Origin: Octopus sinensis
Lineage: Eukaryota
Length of the DNA: 64,000 nucleotides
Reading direction: 5' to 3'
NCBI RefSeq assembly: GCF_006345805.1
Contig: NC_043009.1
Coordinates: 14,198,001-14,262,000 of the forward strand
Position numbers and translations under genes: made by a program. Below the pieces are notes generated by a model. It saw nothing but the letters and a program-made list of their open reading frames with translations, was not told where the DNA came from and ran no database searches. Below, piece after piece: positions 37,893 through 54,065 of the stretch; within the stretch, counting starts at the first letter, position 1, and each line of letters begins with the position of its first letter.

Positions 37893-39869
37893 TTATAATA
37901 TATCTATGTATGTGTGTGTGCGTGTTAATGCATTTTCGTATATATACACTATGTTTTTAAGTATGTATGTGTAGCTATGTATATCTGTGAGTGAGATCCG
38001 TATGAATACGTCTGTTACATGTATATATGTGTATGTGTGTAGGAAGAGAAAGTGTTTAGTTCCACTTCAAACAGACGTTCCAGTTTCCTGGAGACGAGAA
38101 ATCTGCAGTAAACACTCATGACTACAATTTCACAACGGATAGATTTTTATGTCAGTCATTCACAACAACAACAACAGCAACAACAAAAGCAACAACAAGA
38201 AAAACCAATATTCCCACAACATCGGTAAGAGTACCAATCACAGCAACAACTACACTACCATCAATCAGGGCAACCCATTACGAAAACAACAGCAATAACA
38301 ACAATAAACAATCAATTAATAAGCCATAATAAAACTTTAAACGATGGGAAAGAATCTGTTATTAAGTATTTCTATTCCTTTGAATGGAAAATTTGCAAGA
38401 AATTGCTTTTAAAATTTCTCTCATAATTTTCTTAGAATTTTTACTTTGAAAACTTTGCGGAACTTTTCGTTTTTGGCCGCTCTCCTTCACAAACGATTGA
38501 CCATTGCCTGGCAATGTTACTGTTCTGTGCTGTATTGACCGAGACAATTTAGTCTTGAATTAAAGTCAATATAATATCCCGGCATGTTAGCAAACTATCA
38601 TTTACAGTGTTTGTTTATAAACATGTCATATTTAATTAAAGCAATAGAAATCTAATTTTCACAAATGAGGATGAAAAAAAGATGTAATATAAATAACTTA
38701 ATCATTTTCATAGACGTATGGGAACCGAAAATTTAACGAAGGAATGAAAACTGGTATGAAGAACATTTATTAAAGTAACACAGGGATTTTTCTGACGTAT
38801 AAATTGATCTTGTTTAACAATAAATATTTGAATTGTTATGCCTGGCTAAAATAATTGAAATGTCTCACAAGAAAATAGTGAATTGTTCAGCACAGTTTTC
38901 TTCTAAGCTCAATAAAATATGTCTTCTGTCCGGGTAAGTCTGTTTGCAAACAACTTTGCAAAGTTTCATAATGATCATAAACCGTAGATTGATTCTAATA
39001 TTTGTGTTAAAATATTCACTCCATTTCACACAAATGTATAAACGTTAGACGGGTGCAGCTTGTTGCAAAAATCGTTAAAGCGTCGGACTAAGTGCTTAGC
39101 GGAATTACTTTCGGCTTTACGTTATGCGTTCAAATGCCGCGGAGGTCGACTTTACCGATCGTCCACGGTTGATCAAAGAAGTAACAGCTGAGCACTGGGG
39201 TCAATGTAATCGACTGGCGCTCCACCCCACGACAATTTTAGGCCTTGTGCCTATATAAAGTATAATTTATCGATGGGAGATATTTGTAGTGGTCTTTAGC
39301 AGAGATACAATGCTGTCAGCCTATGTAATTTCACTGTCAGCCTTTATAATTTTGTTGGCAGATTAAGAACAAGAAACAATTTAATCTGATCTTTGAATAA
39401 TTACTGTACTCATTAATTTCAATTAATTGGTTTCTTCCAGGGAGATAATATATACAAGTGGTAGCGAATTTTAAAGGACTGAAAGATAAGAAGACAGCTG
39501 TTTAGATCTTGATACATTCACGTTCGACAGATAACAAGTAGATTGATTCCGGGTTTACCACCCCGACCAAAGGACAAAATCAATATTCAATTATTAATAA
39601 GTTATCGTGAGATGATATCAAAACTTTTAATATATCCCTTCATTGAGATTGAAATTTTAATTTATTTTTGGGCTCATTAACTGTTTTTGTCCCCATTGAA
39701 ATATTTATAGGGATATGTGTGTGTGTATGTATGTGAGTGTGCGCGAGTTTAGGTACGAACGCTCCCGTTTGTTTTAGACCCGTTTTTTATTAAGATATGC
39801 AACGATGCGTCTGCAGTGGATAAGAACTCGAAACCTAGGGGCTAGTAATAACACACATAATGTTAATTT

Positions 39870-40254
39870 CTTTTATCTTTTATCTTTTATTTCTTTCAGC
39901 ACTTAGACTGCGGCCATGCTGGGGCACCGCTTTGAAGCATTTTTAGTCGAATGTATCGGACCCAGTACTATTTTGTTTTTAAACCTGGTACTTATTCTAT
40001 CTGTGTCCTAAGTTACGGGGACGTAAATACACAAGCACCGGCTGTAAAGCGGTCGTGGAGGACACACACACACACACACATCCATATATAAGACGCGCTT
40101 CTTTCAGTTTCCGTCTCACAAATACATTTACAAGACTTTGGTCGTCCCGGGTCTATAATGGAAGTCACTTGCTCAAGGTGCACGCAGTGGGAGTGAAACC
40201 GAAACTATGTGGTTGAGAAGCAAGCTTCTAACCACACAACCATACCTACGCCTA
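39870..40254 (-). mobile_element. Diverged SINE family 1
   Basis: Same body motifs, with a (TAAAAGA)n tail. Confidence 0.75.
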
Positions 40255-40619
40255 TATTTACTTTTTTATTATAGGAAAGAAAGGAGATAAAAGCTAATTT
40301 TATTGCTAATTGAATTTTTATGCTTAAAGTAAAACCTGACCTTTAATAGCAGGTGACCTGTTAGTTATAAGACATCACCAGAAAATGTTTGAAGTTGCTT
40401 TAATCAAGACATTGTCCTGTAACTTAAAAATAAAGTTATGGAGCAGCTTTGGCCAACTGAATTTGCGTTATTACAGAAAGTAAACTATAGGAAATAATTA
40501 AAATGAAACAATTACTTGAATTTAGACAGTTAATGAAGATAGAAATTAATTATTCGACTTTTAGATCCCAAATGAACACACACACACACACACACACATA
40601 TGTATATGTATATATATAT

Positions 40620-42236
40620 AAGTTCAGCAAACAATTTAGATTCAAATGAATATGGTACTTAATTTAGATGCACCACAATTTTTTATGGTATTACTCATAA
40701 AAATATGCGGGGTGATTATAATCAAAAATAAGCAACAAAAATGGAGCCGGTAATTTAGTACAATTGTTTCATACTATAACATTTTATTAAAGCTGTAAAT
40801 ATTACAGCAGATATAATATGTCAAGTAATCTTCAACTAATTTCATATAGGTTTTCCAATAATATAAAGTTCTCAAATCAATTAGTAACATCCTAGAGAAG
40901 GTAAATATACCGATAAAGCTGTAGATATGAATTTCAAGAACTTGAAGTAGGATGCCAAACAGACCAAAATTAAGTTCACAACTAACTGTTGTAAGAAAAA
41001 GTTCCTTAGTTATAAGAATGGTAGTAAGGTCAGGTTAAGGAATCAAGTTAGTTGAAGGAAAGAAGGGGAAACAATTTAGGAGATGTAAAAAGACAAAACA
41101 GATTGACACTAGAACAAAGGGTCAATCTATTTCTGTGGTGACAGAAGATTTAGGTCAGTGTGGGAGGAACACTAAATTCTTAAGAGACTGTGAAGCTGAC
41201 CTGACCTTACTTTCAAATGAAAGCCATTAGAATTTTTAGTAGGAATTTAGAGAAGGGAGATATAAGGAAAGCTGTAAAAGGAGCTTAAGTTAGCAGCAGA
41301 GAAAGATACATTAAGGAAATCAAGGTTATCATTAGAATAGAAGGTTATTTATTTTTATTTTTATTTTTATATGGTGAGAAAAAATCTAGCTCAATGTCCA
41401 GAGGTCAATTAAATTCTTTAGCAAAGGGTAGGGGAACAGCACCTATTCAAATTTATAGTAGATATCGAATTTTATAACTAGGGGAATAGTATTAAATGTT
41501 AAAATTAGAATAGAAAATGTGCAATTTCATGATTAAAGTAAGGCTAATTTAGCTGACTATAAAAGTCAATTAAAGGTTGGTATAGTATATCTCATATTAT
41601 TATTATATTAAAAAATACAGTTAGAAATAGTAGGAAAACCTTAAAATTTCTATTTAAAATATTTGAAAGTTCTAATTGTTGAATGAATGCAAGACATACC
41701 TAACTCTAGACGATTATTTAGTAGATTTTTATTATTTCAATACTTTAAAATCTCGTAGGTCTCCATAGAACAGAGTTGACAGCCTACTCTATTATTTCTA
41801 TAAGGTTTTGCCCTCCTAACTATTTCCCATTTTAGGTTGTATTCTATATTAGTAGTTTTAAGTTCCCAAATTTTGCTAGATAGTGTAGTGCACTAGATCA
41901 AATTGTCCGGCATCTGGTCGTTGTTCGGTCCAAAATGTAATCTATAAATGTACTATAATAACTTCTAACAGTAACTTCTTTTATATTGGTTGTTCTATTA
42001 ATTTTAAACAGAGGATTAGCAATCATCTTTCCTCTTTCCGGTTGGAACATAAGGCAGGTTGCACTACACTATCTAGCAAAATTTGGGAACTTAAAACTAA
42101 TGATATAGAATACAACCTAAAATGGGAAATAGTTAGGAGGGCAAAACCTTATAGAAATAATAGAGTAGGCTGTCAACTCATTTCTATGGAGACCTACGGG
42201 ATTTTAAAATATCGAAATAATAAAAATCTACTAAAT
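40620..42236. mobile_element. Penelope-like element 3' part (GIY-YIG) with inverted duplication
   Basis: The plus frame from ~41903 reads CPASGRCSVQNVIYKCTII...FYIGCSINFKQRISNH...TLSSKIWELK...CQLISME...LLN (GIY-YIG). 41716-41892 is the reverse complement of 42060-42236. The minus arm continues into a long 3' region. Confidence 0.8.
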
Positions 42237-42276
42237 ATATATATATATATTATATATATATATTATATATATATAT

Positions 42277-42780
42277 AAACTAGAGGAGATTGTTGACAAA
42301 TCTAAAAAAGGGGAGGTAATTTCAACTCTACCCTCTCCAGCGCCGCTGTGAGCGGTACATCATTTGTATGATGTGGAGAATATACTGCCAACTTTGCCCA
42401 AACTTTTGACCATTAGCTTCAAGATTCACCCAAGACTGGGACCACGGGCCATACGTCCCCTGCCCGATTCAGGATCACAGCATATATGTACACTGCAACA
42501 TAATTTATTTTCCTCAACAGGCCCTGCCCTATTTAACATTGTCCCGAAAGAGATCAAAGAGGAAAAAGATCCCATCAACTTTAAACGGAGTCTGGATAGA
42601 TTCCTTCAAAGAATACCAGATAAGTCACCCATAATTGGATAAAACTCACCCAACAAGAACTCACTACTTGAATGGACCATAAACAAAACTTGACTTGAAC
42701 AGGATTTAGATAATCATATCAGTGCTATTAAGTTAGACATGGCCTGGACCAATCCTTGGTCAAAACATATCTAAGTTTAT
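42277..42780 (+). mobile_element. LINE 3' fragment (CR1/L2-like group)
   Basis: LYPLQRRCERYIICMMWRI...STGPALFNIVPKEIK...FKRSLDRFLQRIPD is typical of LINE ORF2 C-termini. Confidence 0.7.
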
Positions 42781-43367
42781 CATTAAGTGAAAAATTGCAT
42801 AAGAGAAGTCATAAATCTATAGAGACCGCTTGCATTTGCTATGTATTTATTATGTAAATTTTTGAAAGCACACAATTTTACAGGAACACACACACACACA
42901 CTCACAAACACACACACACACGCAATCACACACACAGGCACGCACACCTTCGCAGACAGATGCCTCAGTGCTCACACACTGATACACAATACTAGCGCTA
43001 TGATCCCATATGACAGTCTCTCAATGGATAATTTGGCTGATGTTGCTGGTGCTGCGATTTATAAGATATAGAATGGTTGTTCTGCTTCACTTTGTTTCTA
43101 GAGGTAAAGTGTTAAGCGGACTCAAAGACCTTGAACCAAACAATTACGTTGTAGTTTGTAAACCTGCAGGAAAGAACTGATTTCAGACCCGTACGACAAA
43201 TCATATTATAATTCTGTTATTGGGTGTAACTCTAGTGAAACTTATTTGCATGATCTGATGGTGGTGGAGGGAAATACGTGCCCTTAGAGACTGGTTCTTC
43301 TAGTCAACAGCTGAAAGACAAAAAAAAAAAGAAAAACATTGGCAGGAAGAAAATTCCAGTGAACTGA

Positions 43368-43584
43368 GCCGTTCAAGAATTTGGACCTGGAGATCTCCAT
43401 TTCCAGCGACTTCAAGGGCCATCTTCCAGTGGTGTCGGGTGTCGACGAAGAGCCCTCGACTACAACAAGACGACCAAAGTTTTTTTTTCCAAGGTCTGAG
43501 GCCTCCCGCCCCTAAGCCTTAGACCATCACCTAATCACCCTTACCCGTCTTGTTGCTCAACAACAACAACAACAACAACAACAA
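43368..43584 (+). mobile_element. Short 5'-truncated retroposon (RTE-like 3' end) with (CAA)n tail and 12-bp TSD
   Basis: TSD CCAGTGAACTGA at 43356-43367 and 43585-43596; (CAA)n tail. Confidence 0.75.
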
Positions 43585-45279
43585 CCAGTGAACTGATGTT
43601 TTGGGAAGGAAGAACAAGCTGCCTAATGAGGTATAGAGGACACTGTAGATATGTGTTGAAAGGTAGAGAGAAGACACAGCATACCTTACTTTTTTATGTC
43701 CTTACTTTTTTATGTTAGCTAGGGTACCTAGCGAATATAGCTATAAAACAGTCATTTTTAGTTGCTATTCACTCGAATATGTTTATCGGATAAATAATGG
43801 TATAATGATAATTTTAAAAGGGAAATACAGATGTAAGAATATCGAAGACGTTCGGAAGAAATGTTCACTATAAATGCACCAAGATTCTAATGAATGGCAA
43901 TATCTATTGTGTCAAAGGAAAGACGGCTGTTCTCAACTTTTGAACGTGCAACTGAATAGGTACATTACGTTTCATGACGTTATTCTGGTTCTGTAATTAT
44001 CTTATTTCGGAGAATGGAATTTTTCATGACTCTATGCATTAATTTTCTGAATCAAATAAAATTGATATACCATTCAGTATTAAGATTTGTCATCCTGCTG
44101 ATAAATGCCATCGAGTACTTGTCACATGTCTTCCTTCTTAACATTTCTGGCTTATAATCTTTCATAGTACAGGCTTAATAATAAGCTTTATTCATAATGT
44201 TGGCATGCCTTCTGAGACGAGTGAGTTTTATACGATATATTTTTAAGATGAAAAAATATTGAAGGGTTGACGATCAAAGAAAGAATTATTGCACGAATCA
44301 GTAAGAAGAAAAACCGAGAATGCCAGAACGAGAAAATATTGGTTAGTATAGGTGGAGTAGGTAGTTAAGTAGGTGGTTTGGGTGAGCAGAAAGTTTTATA
44401 TTAGCTATGGAATAAACAGAGAGATAAAGCAACAAGTTCGTCGACTAAGAGTCGTTATGCTACTAAGGCAGTTTTTATCACCCACTCAAATGGTCATATT
44501 TTAGATGAGGTCTAGGATATTTCTCTGTCAACAAACAATATAGTCTCAAATGTAAATACACTACACTATTGAGGCGTGTAATTAGCTTTGCAGATGTTTC
44601 ATAGCTCTTCAGAGCTGAAGATTTTTCTGATTTGGAAGACAGACACATTAGTCTTCGGTACATAGTGTTTTGCTATGTTCTGTAAATCACTATGAAAGAA
44701 CAGACATCAGCAATCAACATCTGTAGCGATATTGAGGACTTTTAGTAGCGCTTTGCCCATTATTAGAAAGAGCAAGAGAAAGGATTCCTTTCAGGTGTCA
44801 TATCTTGATCTATTGGTTGGAGCAAAGTTATACACTTGGCGGGATTGGTAAATTAAACTTTGTGTAACAATAGTAACGAGTGTGTATATGTGTGTATGCG
44901 GGTGTAACGCATTGTACTCAGTGTGCAAAAATTTGAAATGGAATTAGCGGTATATAAATAGATATTACGAAGTACAATCAAAGCATTTGTCATTATTGTT
45001 TATTACACAAACATTTACAAATCCTCTCACGTTCAATCACAAGCAGTTTGCTGATATATTTAGAAATACGTAGGAAGTGCGTGTCCTGTGAGTGACAAGG
45101 ATGCTGATTAGATGGGACAATTTAGAGGCAATCATCCTTGTAATAGCAGTCAACTGCAGCCGGTTCGTTGTTGCTGTGTGTTGTTATATCTGTGATGATG
45201 GCAGAGGCTGCAATCCTCCACCATTATCAACGTCACATGACCATATCAGCATACCACCTCACTCTCCAACTCAGTACAT

Positions 45280-46460
45280 CTGATCCTCTCAGGTCATTTG
45301 TGCTCTTTAATTGATGTACACTAACATTCCAGACATAGTGAAGCATGCTAATCTCATTTCTTTCGAGGAACAGCGCATCTTACACACTCACTGCTCGTTC
45401 TTTGCTACTATGCAGAACTGTACTTTGCACTTTGTACAAATGTATCATATGATGTAGCTTTCACTTGAAGAAAGACTCCATTAGTTGTCAGGAGAGGTAA
45501 TATCTCCTTGAGGTTTTCTCCTAATTTTTAGTCCATATACTATACTTTTTAGCACCTTCTGTTCACTGTTAATTTGGCTGTACAGGTAACTTACGTTATT
45601 TAATACTTATAAAGAGCCTTCTGGGCATTTGATTTATTTACGAGGGCTCTGATTCCTCACTGTTCTTACACATCTGTCACATACATAGCCTTATTCCCTG
45701 TCAGCCTACAAGTGACACTAGTACACCACTTGTACACCATAGTTAACATTAGATACGCCCTATAGAGTTCTTACGTACTCCTTTTCTGCACATCTTATTT
45801 TCAGTTATTTTCCCAATGGAAGCAAGGACCCTATCTTGTCTCCTACATACTGAGACCTTTGGTTTTGTCAAGTTCACTCTGAGGTTTCTTTCTTCTATAT
45901 CACTTTTCTGATGCTCATTTAAATCACACATTCATCAGAGGAAGCTTGCTTCTTTTCTCTTTGGTTTTTGCTCATCCACTACAATCAATGCCCAGTCTCA
46001 ATACGAACACAAGCAATGTCCAATCTCCCTTACACTTTAAAAGAAACTATTTTTGTTACCAGCAGATATAATTGCTCCCTGAACTTTTACGGCCCTCTTC
46101 TTACTCTCGCTACTGCACTTTCAGGACACCTTCTTTCAAGCAATCAGCTACATGCAAAGTACTTTTTTAGCCCCTGTAATCTCTTAGCATCTCATTTGTT
46201 TCTATAACTTACATTGGGTATTGAATATAGCTTCCTGCCTACTTCTCATCTATGTAAGTTTGAACATTTCACAAATGGCCGTATAATCTTGTCTCTTGTT
46301 TCCGAGTAACTAAAACATTTTTGTATTTGTTAGGTTTACTTTAAGACCCCTTGATTCTAGGTTTTGATTCCATATATCTGAAATGATTTCCTTGGCAGAT
46401 TCAGCTTTGAGAATCAAGCCATCAGCATACAAAACAAATAACTGGTCTTAACCTCTCCTG
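45280..46460 (-). mobile_element. Decayed RTE-clade LINE fragments
   Basis: Minus-strand VLYADGLILKAES (RT YADD-like), LRVNLTKPKV and CRKGVRKNSI segments; many stops. Confidence 0.6.
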
Positions 46461-46819
46461 CAAATGACGTGTGATTATGCCGTTATGTTGATGGATGACA
46501 ATATGGTATTGTATACCTAACAAAGGATGTTTTCTTCAGTCATATCTAAGAAGGCAATGTACATTTATCGCGAGGTATCAGTGTTACAAGTGGATAACAA
46601 CCTCTTTTGTTGATGAGAAATTTTAAACAGAGTACAAACAATTAAATGGCAGAACTAAGTCGTGAGTTCACTGTATTGTGATTTTCTTTATTTGTACTGG
46701 AAATATCTGCTGAAATAGTGTCTACACAAAGATTTACCTGTCATATTTTTGCAATTACTCATAATATATACAAGAGAGGGCAGTCAAACTTAAATTATAA
46801 GAACTATATTTTACCTATC

Positions 46820-47993
46820 TAACACACGGATCAGATTTCAAAAGAGCCTCCTCTTGCTCTGCTCATGGCCTGCAAACTTGTGGTTACCGAACTGTAACAG
46901 TCCCGCACCACTTTTTCGTCAATTTTACTCCACATAAGTAAGAAGGGCTTTTTTCAGATACGCCACACTTGGGTATGAGACAGCTGAGATATCAGTCTTT
47001 AAGAGAGACCAAACGGAAAACTACATAGGCTGGATGTCTCTCTGGGCGTGAGGGACGCCAAAAGTTCTTATCTGCAAAACAGCAAAAATGCTCTTTGCAG
47101 CATTTTTGCGTTAAATTCGAGGTGTGGGCTGGGCCACCGTCCTGATTGAAGATATACCTGTTTCTAAATGTTTCATTTAACCAAGGTACTACGTTCTCTC
47201 TCAACATTTTGATGAAAAATGTGCTATTCACATTAACACCCTCGTAAATAAAGATGAAAGAAGACTTGATCCATAAGATGCTTCGGCATCCCACACCATA
47301 ACCCCAGCTCTTTTTTGACGACGAAAATGGGTTCGGTTCTTTTCCAGCAAATCTTACGCATCGCTATCATACAGTCAGTCGTTCTGTTTGTTCGTAACAA
47401 CCTCCAAAGTGAAGATCTTCTCGTCAATCTAAATGAAGATTTTGTGGGGCCCTTCCTCTCCGCTAACATCACTTTCCCATGTCGAGCCGTTTCTTCTTTG
47501 AAACTGCTGAAATTACTTTCCGGCTCGATTACTTTTTGTATGCCTTTAGCCTAAAATCTTCTTTAGCAATCCTGTGCACTGAAGATTTTGAAATATTAAG
47601 CACTTTTCCTATTTTTTCGCATGTATCGACGCGGATTCCAGTGAACTCTTTTTCTCATAGTATCAATCGCAAGTTTGATGCGAACAGTTCTTTAACGCCC
47701 TGGAATTTGCTTATTTGATGTCATGCCAGATTAACTGTAACGTTTCCAGACAATTATACACCGCCTTACAATAATCATTGAGTTGTTTTGCAACATCTTC
47801 GTTAGATTTTCCTGCTGAGTTTAATGCAACAATTTTATCACGTTTAACTGACAAAATTATTATAGTGACACAAAGCTATAGGCGCTTAAAGCTTATCACT
47901 TAATTAATGTGCAAAATCAAAAATATAACTGCTTTATCCAACAATTTTCAAGAAATTCTTAATCATAGATAAATTTTTCTGGGACACTCAGTA
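46820..47993 (-). mobile_element. Decayed Tc1/mariner (maT-like) transposon
   Basis: Frameshifted transposase: TDEKIF-like motif, VMVW, IFIYEGVNVNS, YIFNQDGGPAHTSNLTQ, FWRPSRP (WPPSSPDLNP-like). TIR-like end CTGGGACACTCAGTA at ~47980-47993; the left TIR was not recognised. Confidence 0.8.
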
Positions 47994-48855
47994 TTTTACC
48001 TTATATTGTTCAATTGATGTGTGACGTTGCAGTCATCTTTGTCAGACGTATCCACAATGAATAGAAATCATATCCGTCTAATAATGAACAAGAAATATGC
48101 TGTCTTGGTATTCAGTGGAAATTTACAATAAGAGAAACCACAAGAGGTGGAGAAACGTCTGCGAATTCTCTCGATGTTAATGCAGTTGTATAATGTTGCC
48201 GTTGTTTTGCTCCTGGTCGACTCTATCTTTGTAAACCAAAATATTCCAGACTTAACACCGTATTTAGGGGTACTTAGAATTACATTAGAATGTGATTTAA
48301 GAGAGACATGTCTGTTATATTTAGCAGATCGAATAATCATGCGAAACCTACCACCCTGGCTCGAAATAAGCGAAGCCTAAAGAGTAGAAATTTAATTGAT
48401 AATATCTTTCTTCTTTAATGCATCTGAATTATTATGCGCTACTTCCATGCTTTCAGAAGCTTGTTACTCTTAAGTAACCTTTGAAATATCATCTGGATTA
48501 GTTTTGGAAAAGTTCTTCGAACATGCGTTTAGGAAACCTGAGTTGATGTCGACTTAAAGAAAATAAAACAAATGGATAGAACTATTTCATGTCTATCTAT
48601 TTTCATTTTATTTACTTTTACACTGACCTTTAACTTTTAGTTATACGTTATTTCAGTTTTTTTATATTCATTACTTATGAAATCTTGTTACTTTCTCACA
48701 CCAGTGAGGTTTACGTCACAGAGGGAAAATTGATTTTTATACAGAAACGCAGAAGATTCACACATACGCACATATAGACACACATATATGAATGCATGTA
48801 TCTATGCATATATATATATATATATATACATATATATACATACATACATATATAT

Positions 48856-48964
<109 letters not shown>

Positions 48965-50219
48965 TATATATACTGTACGTATCTACACAAGAAATGCATA
49001 GATATAGTACTGCACACACACAGACACGTGTGTATATAGTGTATGAACAGTATATATTTATATGTATGTGCCTTCGTATCTATATGCATTTACTCCTAAA
49101 AATGTATTCGTCTATTTGTATATCTATCTATCTTCGTCTGTCTCAAGGCATACAAAAAAAACATTATATATCTGGAGAGTACATTTGCAACTAGAGTGTT
49201 TGTTCATATTGATTATTATTAATATTGATTAGTATTAATTCTAACAGTACCGAAGCTGAAAGCGATACAACTAGAGCGTGATTACAGAGATGCGTACAAC
49301 TCAAGGGGGTTATGACACTAAAATTGTTTTAGATGTAGTCTAGAAATATCGTCTGACATGTAGTTAAGTTATAGAAACACATAAAATATCTATAGATATT
49401 TACACAAAAAGACTCACTCATACCATACACATGTATAGCTACACACACACACACACATGCAGATACAAGACACATACATATTAATATACATATACACGCG
49501 TTGTATTGCAACTGTGTTCCAACAAGTAATTTCGATTTTTTAAGTTAACATATTTTCAGAAATCTTGCTCTCCCTTAATTTTGATATTTACATTTTTTAT
49601 CCTAAGCGATCATTTCATGTTTTTCCGTTCAACTTCGTATCCAGTCTGATGACCGGGAACGTGAGATTCGAAAAACTAAATGTGAAGTGCCGCTACAATA
49701 TCGATAAACACTCCTTGAATACTGCTTTGAAGTGGTGGATGCGTCTATGTATATTACACACACACACACAAACACATGCGCGCGCACTTTGGGGTTCAAC
49801 TGCCGCTGAGATCAATTTTATATTTCGTGTTTTCGGGATCGTTAAAGCAACGTACAATCCAAGTATTGGGGTTGAAACAATAAACTAATCCCCACCTAAA
49901 AATGTTCAGGCTGTGTGCAAAAATTTGAAGACATTAGCAGACAGAATTGTTAGAATGGCAGACAAAGTGCATAGAAGCATTTCGTACGTCTTTATCTTTC
50001 GGGATCCTTTCGGGATCGATGAGATAAGTACCATCTGAACACTAGGATCAATGTAATGAGCTAGTGCCCACCTCCAAAATTCGGGCTCTATAATTGTTAT
50101 ATCACATACGCACAACAAATTAAACTGTTGGAAGAGAAAAAAACATCCTAACATCGGGTTACAAGTAACCTTAGATGCCAAGAAGCGTCCTAAGTAATCT
50201 AGCAGTCCGTAATAACGCT

Positions 50220-51457
<1,238 letters not shown>

Positions 51458-51467
51458 CATTATTATT

Positions 51468-51502
<35 letters not shown>

Positions 51503-51503
51503 T

Positions 51504-51886
51504 TAGTAGTTTTATTTTAATATCGTGCTTCCACTTCACTACCGAGCGCAGCTCTGTGTGCCTTGGGTGTGTGCTGTGTTTTGTTGTGATGCTCAGATGG
51601 TTAATGTATTGAAAGTGTTCTGCGTAGGATGTGTGCAGTGCCTAGTAGTACAATTTTCTGTATGTTATATGTGTTTGTAAGTCCTGGTGTTTTTGTTATG
51701 TATTGTTATGTGTTTTTGTTATGTATTTTTATCATGCCTAATGCACTTACTATGATAGAAATTGTTTCTGTTTTTAGATTCCACATTCGAGTTACCTCTA
51801 TTTCCAGGTCTTTGTATTTTGAAAGGTTCTCCCTTTTTTTAAGAGCCACGTTGTATTCTGCTGGTATTGATACATCAATTAGAAAG

Positions 51887-51890
<4 letters not shown>
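51504..51890 (-). mobile_element. Dong/R4-like 3' fragment, copy B (more diverged)
   Basis: Same 3' end and RLE C-terminus with substitutions and a small duplication; flanked by (TAA)n. Confidence 0.82.
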
Positions 51891-51959
<69 letters not shown>

Positions 51960-51962
<3 letters not shown>

Positions 51963-52810
51963 TAGTTTTATTTTTATAGCGTGCTTTCACTTCACTACCG
52001 AGCGCAGCTCTGTGTGCCTTGGGTATGTGCTGTGATTTGTTGTGATGCTCTGATGGTTATTGTATGGAAAGTGTTCTGCGTAGGATGTGTGCAGTGCCTA
52101 GTAGTGCAATTTTCTGTATGTTATATGTGTTTGTAAGTCCTGGTGTTTTTGTTATGTATTTGTCTGAATATCTTTTTATCATGCCTACTATGATAGGAAT
52201 TGTTTCTGTTTTCAGGTTCCACATTCTAGTTACCTCTATCTCCAGGTCTTTGTATTTTGAGAGTTTCTCCATTTCTTTTAGAGACACGTTGTCATCTGCC
52301 GGTATTGATACATCAATTAGAAAGCATTTTTTTTCTTCATGATCTCTGACAACTATATCTGGTCTGTTGGCCTTAATTTCTCTATCTGTGTGTATCGGCA
52401 TATCCCAGAGTATGGTTGCTTTCTCGTTTTCTGTGACCTTTTCTGGTGTGTGCCTATACCATCTTTTTTCTGTTGTTATTCCATAATGTTGGCATAGCTT
52501 CCAATGTATGTAGGTTCCAACTCTGTCATGTCTGTGAATATATTCCTTCTTAGCCAGGACTGGGCAGCTAGAGATAATATGATTTATTGTTTCTTGTCCA
52601 TCTCCACATATTCTGCAGTTACTTGTAATATTTCTTTTCATTACATGTTTTTGGTAATTTCTGGTGGGGAGGCTTTGGTCTTGTGCTGCAATTAAAAATC
52701 CCTCTGTTTCTGCTTTGAGTCCTGAGCTTCTCAAACATTGCTGGGATTTTTCTTTGTCTATTTTTTTTTGCGTTTAGTTTAGTGCAGTATTTACCATGAA
52801 GGGGTTTTTC

Positions 52811-52811
<1 letters not shown>
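51960..52811 (-). mobile_element. Dong/R4-like 3' fragment, copy C
   Basis: ORF 52057-52734: ETEGFLIAAQDQ, CRICGDGQETINHIISSC (CCHC), RHD, PDIVV, KY.DL; flanked by (TAA)n. Confidence 0.9.
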
Positions 52812-52876
<65 letters not shown>

Positions 52877-52899
52877 CATTATTATTATTATTGTTGTTG

Positions 52900-52935
<36 letters not shown>

Positions 52936-53944
52936 TATTATTATTTTATTATTATTATTATTATTTTCGCTGTAACTATTGATATATATTTCACAGACAT
53001 GATCTTAAGTTAAGCTACCATGTACCACTAACCTGAAGCTGACAATATGGTAGACACTCACTTTCGAAAACAGAAGGCATGTGCTCATGAGAAACAGGAA
53101 CAGACTTATATGAATTATGCATTATAGCACAGAAACAATAATTTATAAACCAATGTGACGCATAAAGGATCGAAAAGGACATACAGAAAAGGTTATGTTC
53201 CAGAACTACATGTATACAGTTAGACCAAAAGAAATAAAGTATAATAGGCATAATCTGGCAATTAAGTGAAACGGCATCCAATAAATATATTAAATGGAAG
53301 ATTATTGAGTCATCAAAGCCTTACAAACATGGACGGAAAAGACATTGTCTTTGTATTGCAGAGAAAATGCTTAGTTCTAAAAATCCTCAAGGTAATGACC
53401 TTTAGTTTTTTAATACTTTGTCAGAATCAGAATTGTTAGGGAGGTGAAATATTTTATGACGCACTCAGCCATATCAAATTTACCAGATTAATTTCACCAA
53501 ACTTTTCTTTTTTTTTCTTTCTTTACTTGACCGTCCTCTGCTATTTTTAATATTTGCATTCTTCACAGATTTTGTTGTTAAATTTTGATATTTCTTTTCG
53601 TTATTTGCGATCTACTTTTGTCTAGTTTTTACAATAATCCTTGAATTTTCATTGTACTGCCTAGGAACGAGGAATTCGATTCTACCACCTAAAAATGATT
53701 GCATTCAGACAGAATCGTAAATGATTTTTATAATAAAACTTTTCTTTGACAATGTAATACAAAGCAAACCGGTTTGCTATATGGTTAGTGATAGTGAACT
53801 TGAAGTAACATCGGTGGAAAATTTGAAATTGTATCACTATATACGCACATCAAAATGTTAACAGACAAGTGTACCCGTGCTCTAGCGCATATATATTGGT
53901 AGATGCATGCTTTATGTGTGATTGCGTCTTGTTAGAAAGACGTA

Positions 53945-54065
53945 CCAACTAAGCTTTCTTTTTAAGTGTGGGGAGCTTTACACGAGGGCCACTGTGATGG
54001 CAAATAGCTTGGTTGGTCATCTCATTTGTAATATGGTCTAAGTAAGAGACGCCTAAAACGTTAGA
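53945..54065 (-). mobile_element. Small RTE-like LINE fragment
   Basis: LGVSYLDHITNEM...GP...LKKK resembles RTE ORF C-terminal motifs. Confidence 0.45.

Noticed and set aside
48068-48377. Open minus-strand frame after a good acceptor (ASLISSQGGRFRMII...)
   Set aside because: No recognisable iGluR or other homology, and no convincing in-phase donor.
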